The notes under the pieces: generated by a model
Databases searched by the model: none
Told to the model about the DNA's origin: nothing
What the model saw: the letters and a program-made list of their open reading frames with translations, nothing else
Program-made: the position numbers and the translations under genes
Assembly: GCA_022451865.1 (NCBI GenBank)
Contig: JAKUNM010000002.1
Location: 24,748-88,747 of the forward strand
Source: Dehalococcoidia bacterium
Lineage (GTDB): Bacteria > Chloroflexota > Dehalococcoidia > UBA2979
Direction of reading: 5' to 3'
Length of the DNA stretch: 64,000 nucleotides
Part shown: one piece after another, positions 39,884 through 48,546 of the stretch
How positions within the stretch are numbered: the stretch's first letter is position 1
Layout of the letters: every line of letters begins with the position of its first letter

Positions 39884-41374
39884 CTATACGTATATTCGAG
39901 GCCCAAATTCTCTTGTATCTCCTGAACGAATAGCTTCTTGACGAACAGCTTCGGCTACAGCTTCAACGACTTCTGGGTTGAATACTGATGGCAAAATATA
40001 TTCTTCGCTCAGTTGATTGTCTGGGATGACATCTGCAATTGCACGTGCAGCAACAATTTTCATTTCCTCTGTGATATTACGAGCGTGGGCATCAAGTGCA
40101 CCTCTAAATAAACCAGGGAAGCAGAGTACATTATTAATTTGATTAGGATAATCAGATCTTCCAGTGGCGATAACACGTGCTGCACCACTGGGGATATCCT
40201 CAGGCATAATTTCTGGCACTGGGTTAGCAAGTGCAAAAACAACTGCATCATTTGACATTTTTGTAATCCATTCCGGTTGAATAAGGTGAGGACCAGAAAG
40301 ACCTAAAAATAAATCTGCACCATCCATTGCCTCTTCGACAGTTCCATCAAAACCTTCAGGATTGGTATTTTCAGCAAACCACTGCTTTGCGAAATTCAAA
40401 TTATCGCGACCCTCATAGATAGCACCAGTACGATCAAAGCCTATAACATTTTTCACACCATAGTTCATCATAATTTTGGAACATGCAACTCCCGAAGCCC
40501 CAACACCAAGAACCACTACCTTCAGATCTTCAGGTCTTTTTTGAATGATTTTTAAGCTATTCATTAATGCTGCTAGAACTACAACAGCAGTTCCATGTTG
40601 ATCGTCATGGAAGACGGGAATATCAAGGGGTTGAAGTCGTTCTTCGATTTCAAAACATCTTGGTGCAGAAATGTCTTCTAGTAATATTCCACCGAAAGTT
40701 GGCGCGATGGCTTTACAGATTTCAACTATTTGATCAGTGTCTTTAGTATCTAAACAAAGGGGCCATGCATCGATGTCAGCGAATGATTTGAAGAGCATCG
40801 ATTTACCTTCCATGACTGGCATTGCTGCCTCTGGCCCTATGTCCCCGAGTCCCAATACTGCTGTACCATCGGAAACGATTGCAACAGTATTTGATTTAAT
40901 CGTTAGTGCCCAAACAGCATCTGGGTTGTCATGAATGGCCATTGAAACCCTACCTACACCAGGTGTATAGACATGTGCTAATTCAGCATTAGTCCGGATG
41001 TGGACTTTGTTCTCGATTGCGATTTTGCCTCTCCGATGTAATTGGAATGTTCGGTCTGATGCTAATTCAAGGTCTACACCGTCTAAGGCTGCAATTGTTT
41101 CCGCTACCGTTTTCGCGTGTTCTTCATTTTCACAAAGGACTCGAAAATCTCGGATCATATGATTTGATTGTGCTTCTCGGATATCAATATCCATGATGTT
41201 GGCGCCTGCGCTACCAAGTGCGGTAGTAATCTTTCCTAACATCCCCGGTAATTGTTCGCTCCTTAACCTTAGGAGCAATTGATATCCAACTGCTGAATAA
41301 CCTTGAGATGGATTTAAAAATTCTTCAACGACTGTTCGCTGATCTTTTTCACCCTGCGTATCTTGTGTAGTCAT
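39884..41374 (-). CDS. NAD(P)-dependent malic enzyme with N-terminal ACT domain
   Basis: VYTPGV, IVSDGTAVLGLGDIG, FHDDQHGTA and VVLGVGASG are present. The N-terminal ~90 aa are ACT-like. Confidence 0.9.
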   Translation of the reverse strand: MTTQDTQGEKDQRTVVEEFLNPSQGYSAVGYQLLLRLRSEQLPGMLGKITTALGSAGANIMDIDIREAQSNHMIRDFRVLCENEEHAKTVAETIAALDGVDLELASDRTFQLHRRGKIAIENKVHIRTNAELAHVYTPGVGRVSMAIHDNPDAVWALTIKSNTVAIVSDGTAVLGLGDIGPEAAMPVMEGKSMLFKSFADIDAWPLCLDTKDTDQIVEICKAIAPTFGGILLEDISAPRCFEIEERLQPLDIPVFHDDQHGTAVVVLAALMNSLKIIQKRPEDLKVVVLGVGASGVACSKIMMNYGVKNVIGFDRTGAIYEGRDNLNFAKQWFAENTNPEGFDGTVEEAMDGADLFLGLSGPHLIQPEWITKMSNDAVVFALANPVPEIMPEDIPSGAARVIATGRSDYPNQINNVLCFPGLFRGALDAHARNITEEMKIVAARAIADVIPDNQLSEEYILPSVFNPEVVEAVAEAVRQEAIRSGDTREFGPRIYV

Positions 41375-41469
41375 ATTTGTCTCCCAAGCTCAAATGTCTC
41401 TATAGAATATATCGAGTTATTTGCTAGAAGGGAGGGGGTAAGTTATTTTTTTCTAGAAGTAGATGTTAT

Positions 41470-41513
41470 AAAAATCGATTTTTTGATAAAAATCTTAATT
41501 TAATTAAGATTTT
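41470..41513. repeat. Two adjacent AT-rich perfect palindromes sharing AAAATC/GATTTT half-sites
   Basis: AAAAATCGATTTTT lies at 41470-41483. AAAATCTTAATT-T-AATTAAGATTTT (12+1+12) lies at 41489-41513. Both are in the divergent region between malic enzyme and tRNA-Glu. Confidence 0.6.
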
Positions 41514-41589
41514 ATGAATATCAAACCTGAAACTTATGTCGTTCATTGATATCCTTTCACACTGGAATATCTTTGAAAATATTTCAAGT

Positions 41590-41664
41590 GGCCCCATCGT
41601 CTAACGGTCAGGACGCGAGGTTTTCAACCTCGAAATCGGAGTTCGATTCTCCGTGGGGTCACCA
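41590..41664 (+). tRNA. tRNA-Glu (TTC)
   Basis: GGCCCCATCGTCTAACGGTCAGGACGCGAGGTTTTCAACCTCG...GGAGTTCGATTCTCCGTGGGGTCACCA. Confidence 0.9.
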
Positions 41665-41701
41665 AACTATATTAATTTCTTATGCTCTGAGTGTTAGCGA
41701 T

Positions 41702-42844
41702 ATGTCTATGCCTGTCACTCCATTTCGAATTGAATTTAGTCAGCGTGCAATTAATGATTTATATAGGCGTATAGATGCAGCACGTTGGCCAGACATACAT
41801 ATAGATCAAGGTTGGGAAGTCGGTACTAATGACTCTGTCTTAAGGAACCTAGTTACATATTGGCGAAGAGAATATGATTGGTTTTACCAACAAGGTGAGT
41901 TAAACAAATTAGCTCACATTAGAGTACCTATTAATTCTGAAGAGCTACATGCAGTTTTATATACTGGTCCTGCATCACAAAAACGTGTACCGATTTTACT
42001 TCTCCATGGATGGCCAGGTTCTTTCGTTGAATTCTTGCAAGCTGCACCTTTGTTACAAAAAGGTGGTACTAATTTTCCGGGATATGATGTTGTTGTTCCT
42101 TCATTGCCAGGCTTTGGATTTTCTGATCAACCAAAAGATCGAGGGATGCATCCAGGTGAAATTGCAGAGCGATTACATGGTTTGATGCAATCTTTAGGTT
42201 ACGAGAAATATTGTGTTCAAGGAGGAGATTGGGGAGCAATTATTGGCTCCGCTTTATCGTTACAACATCCTGAGGCGATACTAAAATTACATTTAAATTT
42301 TATACCTGCTAATCGAAATACTTCTATCGAAAAAAAATCACTAACTGTTGAAGAACATCAGTATCTGATGGAACAAGAAGCTTTTCGTGATATTGAAACT
42401 GGTTACAGTCATATGCAATCGACACGACCACAATCTTTAGCATATGCATTTCATGATTCTCCCGTAGGACTTTTGGGGTGGATATTAGAAAAATATTGGG
42501 TGTGGTCGGATCACGGAGAAGATCTTTGGGAAACATTTAGTAGAGATTCTATCTTAACTAACGTGATGATTTATTGGCTGACGGGGACAATTTTATCTGG
42601 ATCAAGAATTTATTATGAGGCAAAAATGGCAGGGAGATCTTATTTAGATGGTAAGATTGAGGTCCCCACGGCCTACGCACGTTATCCTAGAGAACCATGG
42701 GCAGCTCCAATTTCAATGATTGAAGATCGCTATAATCTTGTTAAATTTTCAGAATTGAATCGTGGAGGACATTTTGCTGCACTCGAACAACCAGAATTGT
42801 TTGCAGAAGATGTCGGTTCTTTTTTTGCTGATTTATCTGGATAA
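41702..42844 (+). CDS. Epoxide hydrolase (alpha/beta hydrolase with EHN N-terminal domain)
   Basis: PFRIEFSQRAINDLYRRIDAARWP, HGWPGSF and the nucleophile region VQGGDWGA are present. The track ORF start (41546) runs through tRNA-Glu, so I use the ATG at 41702. Confidence 0.85.
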   Translation: MSMPVTPFRIEFSQRAINDLYRRIDAARWPDIHIDQGWEVGTNDSVLRNLVTYWRREYDWFYQQGELNKLAHIRVPINSEELHAVLYTGPASQKRVPILLLHGWPGSFVEFLQAAPLLQKGGTNFPGYDVVVPSLPGFGFSDQPKDRGMHPGEIAERLHGLMQSLGYEKYCVQGGDWGAIIGSALSLQHPEAILKLHLNFIPANRNTSIEKKSLTVEEHQYLMEQEAFRDIETGYSHMQSTRPQSLAYAFHDSPVGLLGWILEKYWVWSDHGEDLWETFSRDSILTNVMIYWLTGTILSGSRIYYEAKMAGRSYLDGKIEVPTAYARYPREPWAAPISMIEDRYNLVKFSELNRGGHFAALEQPELFAEDVGSFFADLSG

Positions 42845-42975
42845 TAGTTTTAGTATGGATAACCTTATAAAAGTAATATTCAACTCTACGAGTCGGATGA
42901 TGTTTGCTGTGAAGCTTGTTTTAATTAAGTTAGATATTCGGATCAAATATAAATATACAAGGAGTAAGAATTCCC

Positions 42976-43788
42976 GTGAGTACTAATCGCAGGAACCAAC
43001 GTCGTCAACAGCAAAGACGACTACGTCAAACACGTCGAAGGGAAGTACGTACACAGGCCAGTGACGAAACTGTCCCAATAGAATTTTCTGGTCCTATGGG
43101 ATTTATGCAAAGACATATCAAGAGTTTTTTTCTTGTGGGGATTGCATTTATGGTTCTTAGTTTGGGTGGTGTGATTTTTACCTCACTGTTGGGTCCACCA
43201 GAAATTGATCAAAATACCCCTCCAGTTCCTACACCTGCCGGAATAAAAGAACCTGCGACAAATCAACCTGAAGATGTAATTATAAGATGGTATGAATCTC
43301 CTCCTGAAATGACTATCGATTTAGATATTAAATATGAGGCAATTCTGCAATTAGATTCAGGAGTAGTTAATATTGATTTATTTGTTAAAGAATCACCAGA
43401 GTTAGTTAATAATTTTATCTTTTTGGCTCGGAATTCATTTTATGAAGGATTAATTTTTCATCGTGTTGTTCCTGGATTTGTTGCTCAAGCAGGTGATCCT
43501 TCTGGAGAAGGATATGGATCACCTGGATATACTCTTCCTCCTGAAAAAAATCCACTTACATTTTCTGTAGGATCATTATCTATGGCTAGAGATGCTATTG
43601 GGACAGTTAATGGATCGCAATTTTTTATTACATTAGGCTCGACCCCTCATCTTAATGCTGACTTTACTGTCTTTGGTGAAGTCAAATCAGGGTTAGAGAT
43701 ATTAGATAATTTGCCTGCTAGAGATCCTACTAGACCAGGATTTGAAGCAGCTGAAACAATTCTTAATATTGAAATTGTTGAGAAATGA
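42976..43788 (+). CDS. Cyclophilin-type peptidyl-prolyl isomerase with Arg-rich N-terminal tail and one TM anchor
   Basis: FHRVVPGFVAQAGDP, the MAR segment and GSQFFIT. The N-terminus RRNQRRQQQRRLRQTRRREVR is followed by the hydrophobic helix FFLVGIAFMVLSLGGVIF. Confidence 0.85.
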   Translation: MSTNRRNQRRQQQRRLRQTRRREVRTQASDETVPIEFSGPMGFMQRHIKSFFLVGIAFMVLSLGGVIFTSLLGPPEIDQNTPPVPTPAGIKEPATNQPEDVIIRWYESPPEMTIDLDIKYEAILQLDSGVVNIDLFVKESPELVNNFIFLARNSFYEGLIFHRVVPGFVAQAGDPSGEGYGSPGYTLPPEKNPLTFSVGSLSMARDAIGTVNGSQFFITLGSTPHLNADFTVFGEVKSGLEILDNLPARDPTRPGFEAAETILNIEIVEK

Positions 43789-43826
43789 TGTGAGATATTA
43801 CACCTAGTTATACAGCCCCCCCTGAT

Positions 43827-44300
43827 ATGAAGATTGATCCACTCTTGGACTACTATGCCCATATTTTTTTTAATATTGGTAGTTTTGTTATAAAATTATT
43901 TCCTGCGATAGCGCCTATCTCTGTAAATAATTTTGTATTTTTATCTCAAGAAGGATTTTATGATCGTTGTATATTCCATAGGATCATCCCTAATTTCATT
44001 GCACAGACAGGTGATCCTGCTCGTAATGGCAAAGGTGGGCCAGGCTATAGAATCCCCGATGAAATTTCTGATATAGAATTTAATGTCGGAATCGTGGGGA
44101 TGGCTAATGCTGGACCAGATACTAATGGGTCTCAATTTTTTATAACATTGGCAGATGCACCACATTTAAACAGAAGATATACAGCTTTTGGAGAAGTAAT
44201 CACTGGTTTTGAAACTGTGCAGCAAATAGCATCAGCTGATTCTGTCACAGATTCTGGATATGAAATTATTGAAATAAAGATCAGTAATAATCTTGAATAA
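43827..44300 (+). CDS. Cyclophilin-type peptidyl-prolyl isomerase (soluble)
   Basis: The motifs FHRIIPNFIAQTGDP, GMANAGPDTNGSQFFIT and FGEV are present. Confidence 0.9.
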   Translation: MKIDPLLDYYAHIFFNIGSFVIKLFPAIAPISVNNFVFLSQEGFYDRCIFHRIIPNFIAQTGDPARNGKGGPGYRIPDEISDIEFNVGIVGMANAGPDTNGSQFFITLADAPHLNRRYTAFGEVITGFETVQQIASADSVTDSGYEIIEIKISNNLE

Positions 44301-44513
44301 TTACTCTGGGTTATTATAATTCGGTTGCTCTGCCCATTTTCTTTCTACTATAAGAAGCAGTCCTAGTGAAGGAATAAAGCATACGAATGACAGAGTTGCT
44401 ATCAATAGCCATCCTCCTATTAAAGCTAATAGTCCTATCGCCAATGAAAATGACATTCCTAAAACAGAAATTATTCTGACAATAAGAATATAGCTAGGGG
44501 TTCCAGTTGGCAT
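44301..44513 (-). CDS. Small membrane protein
   Basis: 70 aa with two hydrophobic helices. Confidence 0.35.
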   Translation of the reverse strand: MPTGTPSYILIVRIISVLGMSFSLAIGLLALIGGWLLIATLSFVCFIPSLGLLLIVERKWAEQPNYNNPE

Positions 44514-44534
44514 TTCTCTCTACTTTCAAAGTAG

Positions 44535-44611
44535 TGGTCGGGGTGCTCGGATTTGAACCGAGGGCTTCTGCGTCCCAAACGCAGCGCTCTGCCAGGCTGA
44601 GCTACACCCCG
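44535..44611 (-). tRNA. tRNA-Pro (TGG)
   Basis: The reverse complement is CGGGGTGTAGCTCAGCCTGGCAGAGCGCTGCGTTTGGGACGCAG...GGTTCAAATCCGAGCACCCCGACCA. Confidence 0.9.
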
Positions 44612-44654
44612 AAAAGTTGGATACTACTATAAACATATTTTGAGTGTCTAGATA

Positions 44655-45584
44655 CTAGCGTATATCTTGTGCAGCTCCAACTAATTCTGAGATACTCTGT
44701 ATTTTATTTTCAATACACCAATTTTTAATTTCATCGATGACTCGCCAAGGTGCAAAAGGATCTAAGAAAGTAGCACTTCCAATCTGTACTGCAGACGCTC
44801 CCGCCATAATAAATTCAATGGCATCTTTGCCAGAAACAATTCCTCCTGAAGCAATGATTGGAATTTTAGAAACTAATGCTGCTTGCCAAACCAGACGAAG
44901 TATAATCGGTTTTATTGCAGGACCAGAAAGTCCTCCAAAACCATTTGCAATCACTGGTTCGCGATTATTTATATCTATTGCAAGTGCAGGAATAGTATTT
45001 GAAATCGTAATAGCTTGAGAGCCTGCTTGTGTAACAGCTTCTACGATAGGTTGGATATTGCTTACACTTGGAGTCAATTTTGCAATTATTGGAAGTGAAG
45101 TGTGATCCCGAACCACTGATATCACCTCTGAAGCCATTAAGGGATCTTGCCCATATTCAAGTCCACCTGCATCTACATTTGGGCAAGATATATTTACTTC
45201 CAATGCTGAAATTCCCGGAACATTATCAAGTTTTTCTGAAAGAACCCCATAATCTGAAATTGTGTCACCCATAATATTAACTATTGTTGGGATATCCCAT
45301 TTCTGCCAAATAGGAGAAACGTTATTAATGAGAGCATTGACACCTATATTTTGGAAACCAATTGCATTTATCATTCCTGAAGCGGTCTCGTGTGTTCGTG
45401 GAGTGGCATTCCCTTTTCGTGGGCGTATTGTCGTGCCTTTTGATACAACAGCACCTAATTCATTGATATTAAATTTTTTTGCTAATTCAAGTCCGTTAGA
45501 AAACGTCCCTGATCCTGTCATAACAGGATTTTGGAGTTGGAGTTCAAATTTGCTTTCTTTTGCAAGATTAACTCTTAAGTCCAT
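44655..45584 (-). CDS. pyrD: Dihydroorotate dehydrogenase, class 1B catalytic subunit
   Basis: NPVMTGSGTF, NISCPNV and GGLSGPAIKP are present. I prefer the ATG at 45584 (AGGTG 9 nt upstream) over the track start at 45608. Confidence 0.9.
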   Translation of the reverse strand: MDLRVNLAKESKFELQLQNPVMTGSGTFSNGLELAKKFNINELGAVVSKGTTIRPRKGNATPRTHETASGMINAIGFQNIGVNALINNVSPIWQKWDIPTIVNIMGDTISDYGVLSEKLDNVPGISALEVNISCPNVDAGGLEYGQDPLMASEVISVVRDHTSLPIIAKLTPSVSNIQPIVEAVTQAGSQAITISNTIPALAIDINNREPVIANGFGGLSGPAIKPIILRLVWQAALVSKIPIIASGGIVSGKDAIEFIMAGASAVQIGSATFLDPFAPWRVIDEIKNWCIENKIQSISELVGAAQDIR

Positions 45585-45738
45585 TAGGTGTGCACCTATC
45601 ACTAACAAGAAGAGAGTACATGTTGAAAAGAATTACGTATAGTGCCATCCAATATCTTGACAGTTGGTCTAAAGATAATACATCAAGCCTTGGTATAAAT
45701 TTTTTCAAGCAAAAATAGAAGAAATATCACCTAAAACA

Positions 45739-45993
45739 TCATGACTCATCTGATAAGAGTATTTCTGCAGGTCGTGAAAATCGTTCAGATTGGCGGATAT
45801 CATTTTTTAATGTACTCGTTTTTTCCCACATGACACTCTCATTAGAATTCGGAAAAGTTTTTTTAGTTCCACAATGTTTACAATTGCCCACACTCTCTCT
45901 GCCACTTGGTGTTCCAATAATCCAATGATGGACACATTTTTTCTTTGTGTTTTTAACTTTCTTTGTTTTAACTGGAGCCTTTACACGACTCAT
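45739..45993 (-). CDS. Small basic zinc-ribbon-like protein
   Basis: 84 aa with a Lys-rich N-terminus, then C-x-H-H ... C-x2-C (CVHHW ... CKHC). AAGGA lies upstream of the ATG. Confidence 0.45.
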   Translation of the reverse strand: MSRVKAPVKTKKVKNTKKKCVHHWIIGTPSGRESVGNCKHCGTKKTFPNSNESVMWEKTSTLKNDIRQSERFSRPAEILLSDES

Positions 45994-46326
45994 TATTTCA
46001 TTCCTTAAACTAGTAAAAACTACCCCGTGCCCTCCAGGATAATTATTTCAATTAACTTCAGCACTTCGGTACCTTCACATTGTTAAATATGCGCAAGTGC
46101 TAACACAATTATGCATCTATAAAAGGCATTTAGTCAAGTTTAAGACGTATAATTATAAAAATTATTCTAATTGGTTTTTCCTCCGTAAATCGGCAGTTAT
46201 AATCCAACAGGATGAAATTTATTGTTGAATTATAAAAATTTGATAGGTTTGAATGTGTTTATTTCAGATCACTTTCACTTGTCGATCTTTTGTTATGAAG
46301 TAGTTTCTTCTATGTAAGGAGTAAAT

Positions 46327-47364
46327 GTGACAGATACGCAGACGATAATTTCTGCCCTAAGGAAGGTTAATGATCCTGAACTTCACCAAGATATTGTCAG
46401 TTTAAATATGGTTCGCAATGTCTCACTTGACTCAGGGAAGCTCACATTTGAGATCGTACTTACTACTCCGGCTTGCCCTTTGCGAGAGACTATAGATCAA
46501 GATGTTAAATCTGCTTTGGCTGATTTTTCTGATATTAGGGAAATTGAAATAGATTGGGGAGCTGAAGTCCGAAGTACAGTTTCTAGAGAAGGTGGTCCTG
46601 CGCCAATTGAAGGTGTTAAGAATATCATCGCTGTTGGATCGAACAAAGGTGGTGTGGGTAAATCTACTGTTTCTACAAATCTAGCTGTGGCACTATCAAA
46701 GCTTGGTGCAAGAGTAGGAATTATTGATGCAGACATAACAGGTCCCAATATTCCTACAATGCTTGGGATTACAGAAGGAATTCAATCTGAGGGCAATGTT
46801 GGATTGCACCCTATTGAAGCACACGGTGTTTTAGCTGCTTCTATAGGATTTGTTTTACCGAAAGGAACTCCTGTAGTTTGGCGGGGGCCCATGATAGGTT
46901 CCGGCGTTAGGCAATTAATGCGTGATATAGAATGGGAGGCAATTGACTATTTGATAATTGATTTACCTCCTGGCACTTCAGACGCTTCAATGACGATGGC
47001 TCAAGACGCATTAATTGCTGGTGCCGTCATAGTTTCAAGCCCCCAGAAAGTTGCAATTGAAGATGCTCGTAAGGCAGTAGGAATGTTTGATCGTCTTAGT
47101 GTTCCAATTTTTGGGATTGTCGAAAATATGGCAGGTGATATTTTTGGTCATGGAGGTGCACGGGATGCTGCAGAAGAATTAGGGATTGAGTTTCTTGGTG
47201 ATTTGCCCTTGGATAGTTCTATTCGAAAAGGTAGTGACGAAGGTGTCCCTGTTGTTGTTGCAGACCCTGATTCAACAATTGCATCTTCATTTATTGGCCT
47301 TGCAGAACAAGTTGCTTCAAGATGTTCAGTTCTCCAATTCGCAGGTGAAGAGGCAAGATTATGA
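46327..47364 (+). CDS. mrp: Fe-S cluster carrier ATPase Mrp/ApbC with N-terminal DUF59 (MIP18-like) domain
   Basis: The N-terminal VNDPELHQDIVSLNMV...TTPACP is followed by the deviant Walker A GSNKGGVGKST. The start codon is GTG. Confidence 0.9.
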   Translation: MTDTQTIISALRKVNDPELHQDIVSLNMVRNVSLDSGKLTFEIVLTTPACPLRETIDQDVKSALADFSDIREIEIDWGAEVRSTVSREGGPAPIEGVKNIIAVGSNKGGVGKSTVSTNLAVALSKLGARVGIIDADITGPNIPTMLGITEGIQSEGNVGLHPIEAHGVLAASIGFVLPKGTPVVWRGPMIGSGVRQLMRDIEWEAIDYLIIDLPPGTSDASMTMAQDALIAGAVIVSSPQKVAIEDARKAVGMFDRLSVPIFGIVENMAGDIFGHGGARDAAEELGIEFLGDLPLDSSIRKGSDEGVPVVVADPDSTIASSFIGLAEQVASRCSVLQFAGEEARL

Positions 47365-48260
47365 ATGATGATAAATCAAATGACAACCCAGATGATAATT
47401 CAAATGATACTCAATCAATTATTGCAGGAAGACGTCCATCGAAAAAAAATGATATTAGTGAAGAAATTAATATTGACGAAAACGTTCTAACCGAATCGAA
47501 CAATATAGAAACTAATGATCCATCAAAAAATGATATAGAGAATTCTGAAGATTTGACAATACTACCTTCTGCTGAATCATCTGATGATGTATCGCAGGGA
47601 GATGAATCAAGTCTAGTGGCTGAAATACTAGATAGTACCTCTTCCAGCGAGGCATTGGTTAATAATTCTGAATTTCTTGAATTAAAAGATATCGTACTTC
47701 AACAAGGTAGAATTTTAGAAGAATTGCGTGCGGGACTCTTAAGTTTGGGTGGCCAATTAGATCGCTCAACTCAACTTCCTCGGTTAGGTATGTTTGTTGA
47801 TGTTCCTAATTTAATTTATGGGCAAGATTCCGATTCAAAACCTCTCCATATGGGTAAATTATTACAGTTTATTGGTGAAGGCCGTGATGTTGTTCGTGCT
47901 ACTGCATATTCTCCAGTTTCTGATGATCCTATGGAGGCATTAGAGCAACAAAAATTTGTAGCTCCTTTTGTTCCATATGAATATCGGATAGTTACTAAAG
48001 CATTAAAGAGATTTGCTGATGGTTCAATTAAAGGAAACTTTGATGTTGAAATGGCAATAGATATGCTTACTATGGCAGATGGTCTTGATGTTATTGCAGT
48101 AGTTTCAGGTGATGCAGATTTTGCTCGTGCTGTTGAAGTTGTACAAACTCGAGGTGTAAGAGTTGAAGTGTTTGCTTTTGCACAAAGTTCCTCTCTTGAG
48201 ATGAGATCTTTAGCAGATCGTTACGTTGAATTAGGCTCTGTACTCAATCAAATAGTTTAA
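47361..48260 (+). CDS. NYN/LabA-like (PIN-like) domain protein with ~100-aa acidic low-complexity N-terminus
   Basis: The C-terminal half has LGMFVDVPNL ... VVSGDADFARAVEVVQTRGVRVEVFAF, the LabA/NYN signature. The ATG overlaps the mrp TGA (ATGA). Confidence 0.75.
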   Translation: MNDDKSNDNPDDNSNDTQSIIAGRRPSKKNDISEEINIDENVLTESNNIETNDPSKNDIENSEDLTILPSAESSDDVSQGDESSLVAEILDSTSSSEALVNNSEFLELKDIVLQQGRILEELRAGLLSLGGQLDRSTQLPRLGMFVDVPNLIYGQDSDSKPLHMGKLLQFIGEGRDVVRATAYSPVSDDPMEALEQQKFVAPFVPYEYRIVTKALKRFADGSIKGNFDVEMAIDMLTMADGLDVIAVVSGDADFARAVEVVQTRGVRVEVFAFAQSSSLEMRSLADRYVELGSVLNQIV

Positions 48261-48276
48261 AATTCAGTCTCTACGA

Positions 48277-48546
48277 TTATTTTTCTTTATTGTCTGTTTG
48301 ATATAAGTCATCTAAGTGCCAATTAGACCTTTTTGACATAGTCCTGCCTGCGAGTGGTTCACCTGAGAAAATTGCCAAGAAAAACGCGCTTCCACTCAAT
48401 CCAATACCTGTCCCAAATATCCATCCTAAAATTGGTGGATCAATATTTACAAAAAATATACTAGATAGTAATCCTGCCAAAGTACCTAGGAGTATAAAAA
48501 AATGATGCATCTTTAGCTGATTGAAAAAAAATATTTTTTTAAGCAT
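48277..48546 (-). CDS. Small membrane protein
   Basis: 89 aa with two hydrophobic helices. It overlaps the pyrK stop by 8 nt on the same strand. Confidence 0.4.
   Translation of the reverse strand: MLKKIFFFNQLKMHHFFILLGTLAGLLSSIFFVNIDPPILGWIFGTGIGLSGSAFFLAIFSGEPLAGRTMSKRSNWHLDDLYQTDNKEK

Noticed and set aside
41546-41701. N-terminal 52-aa extension of the epoxide hydrolase ORF
   Set aside because: The extension is read across tRNA-Glu (41590-41664). The conserved EHN domain begins right after the ATG at 41702.
47361-47700. Acidic low-complexity region as a separate gene or DNA repeat
   Set aside because: It is in frame and continuous with the NYN domain. I noticed no exact nucleotide tandem repeat. 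It is treated as a disordered N-terminal region.
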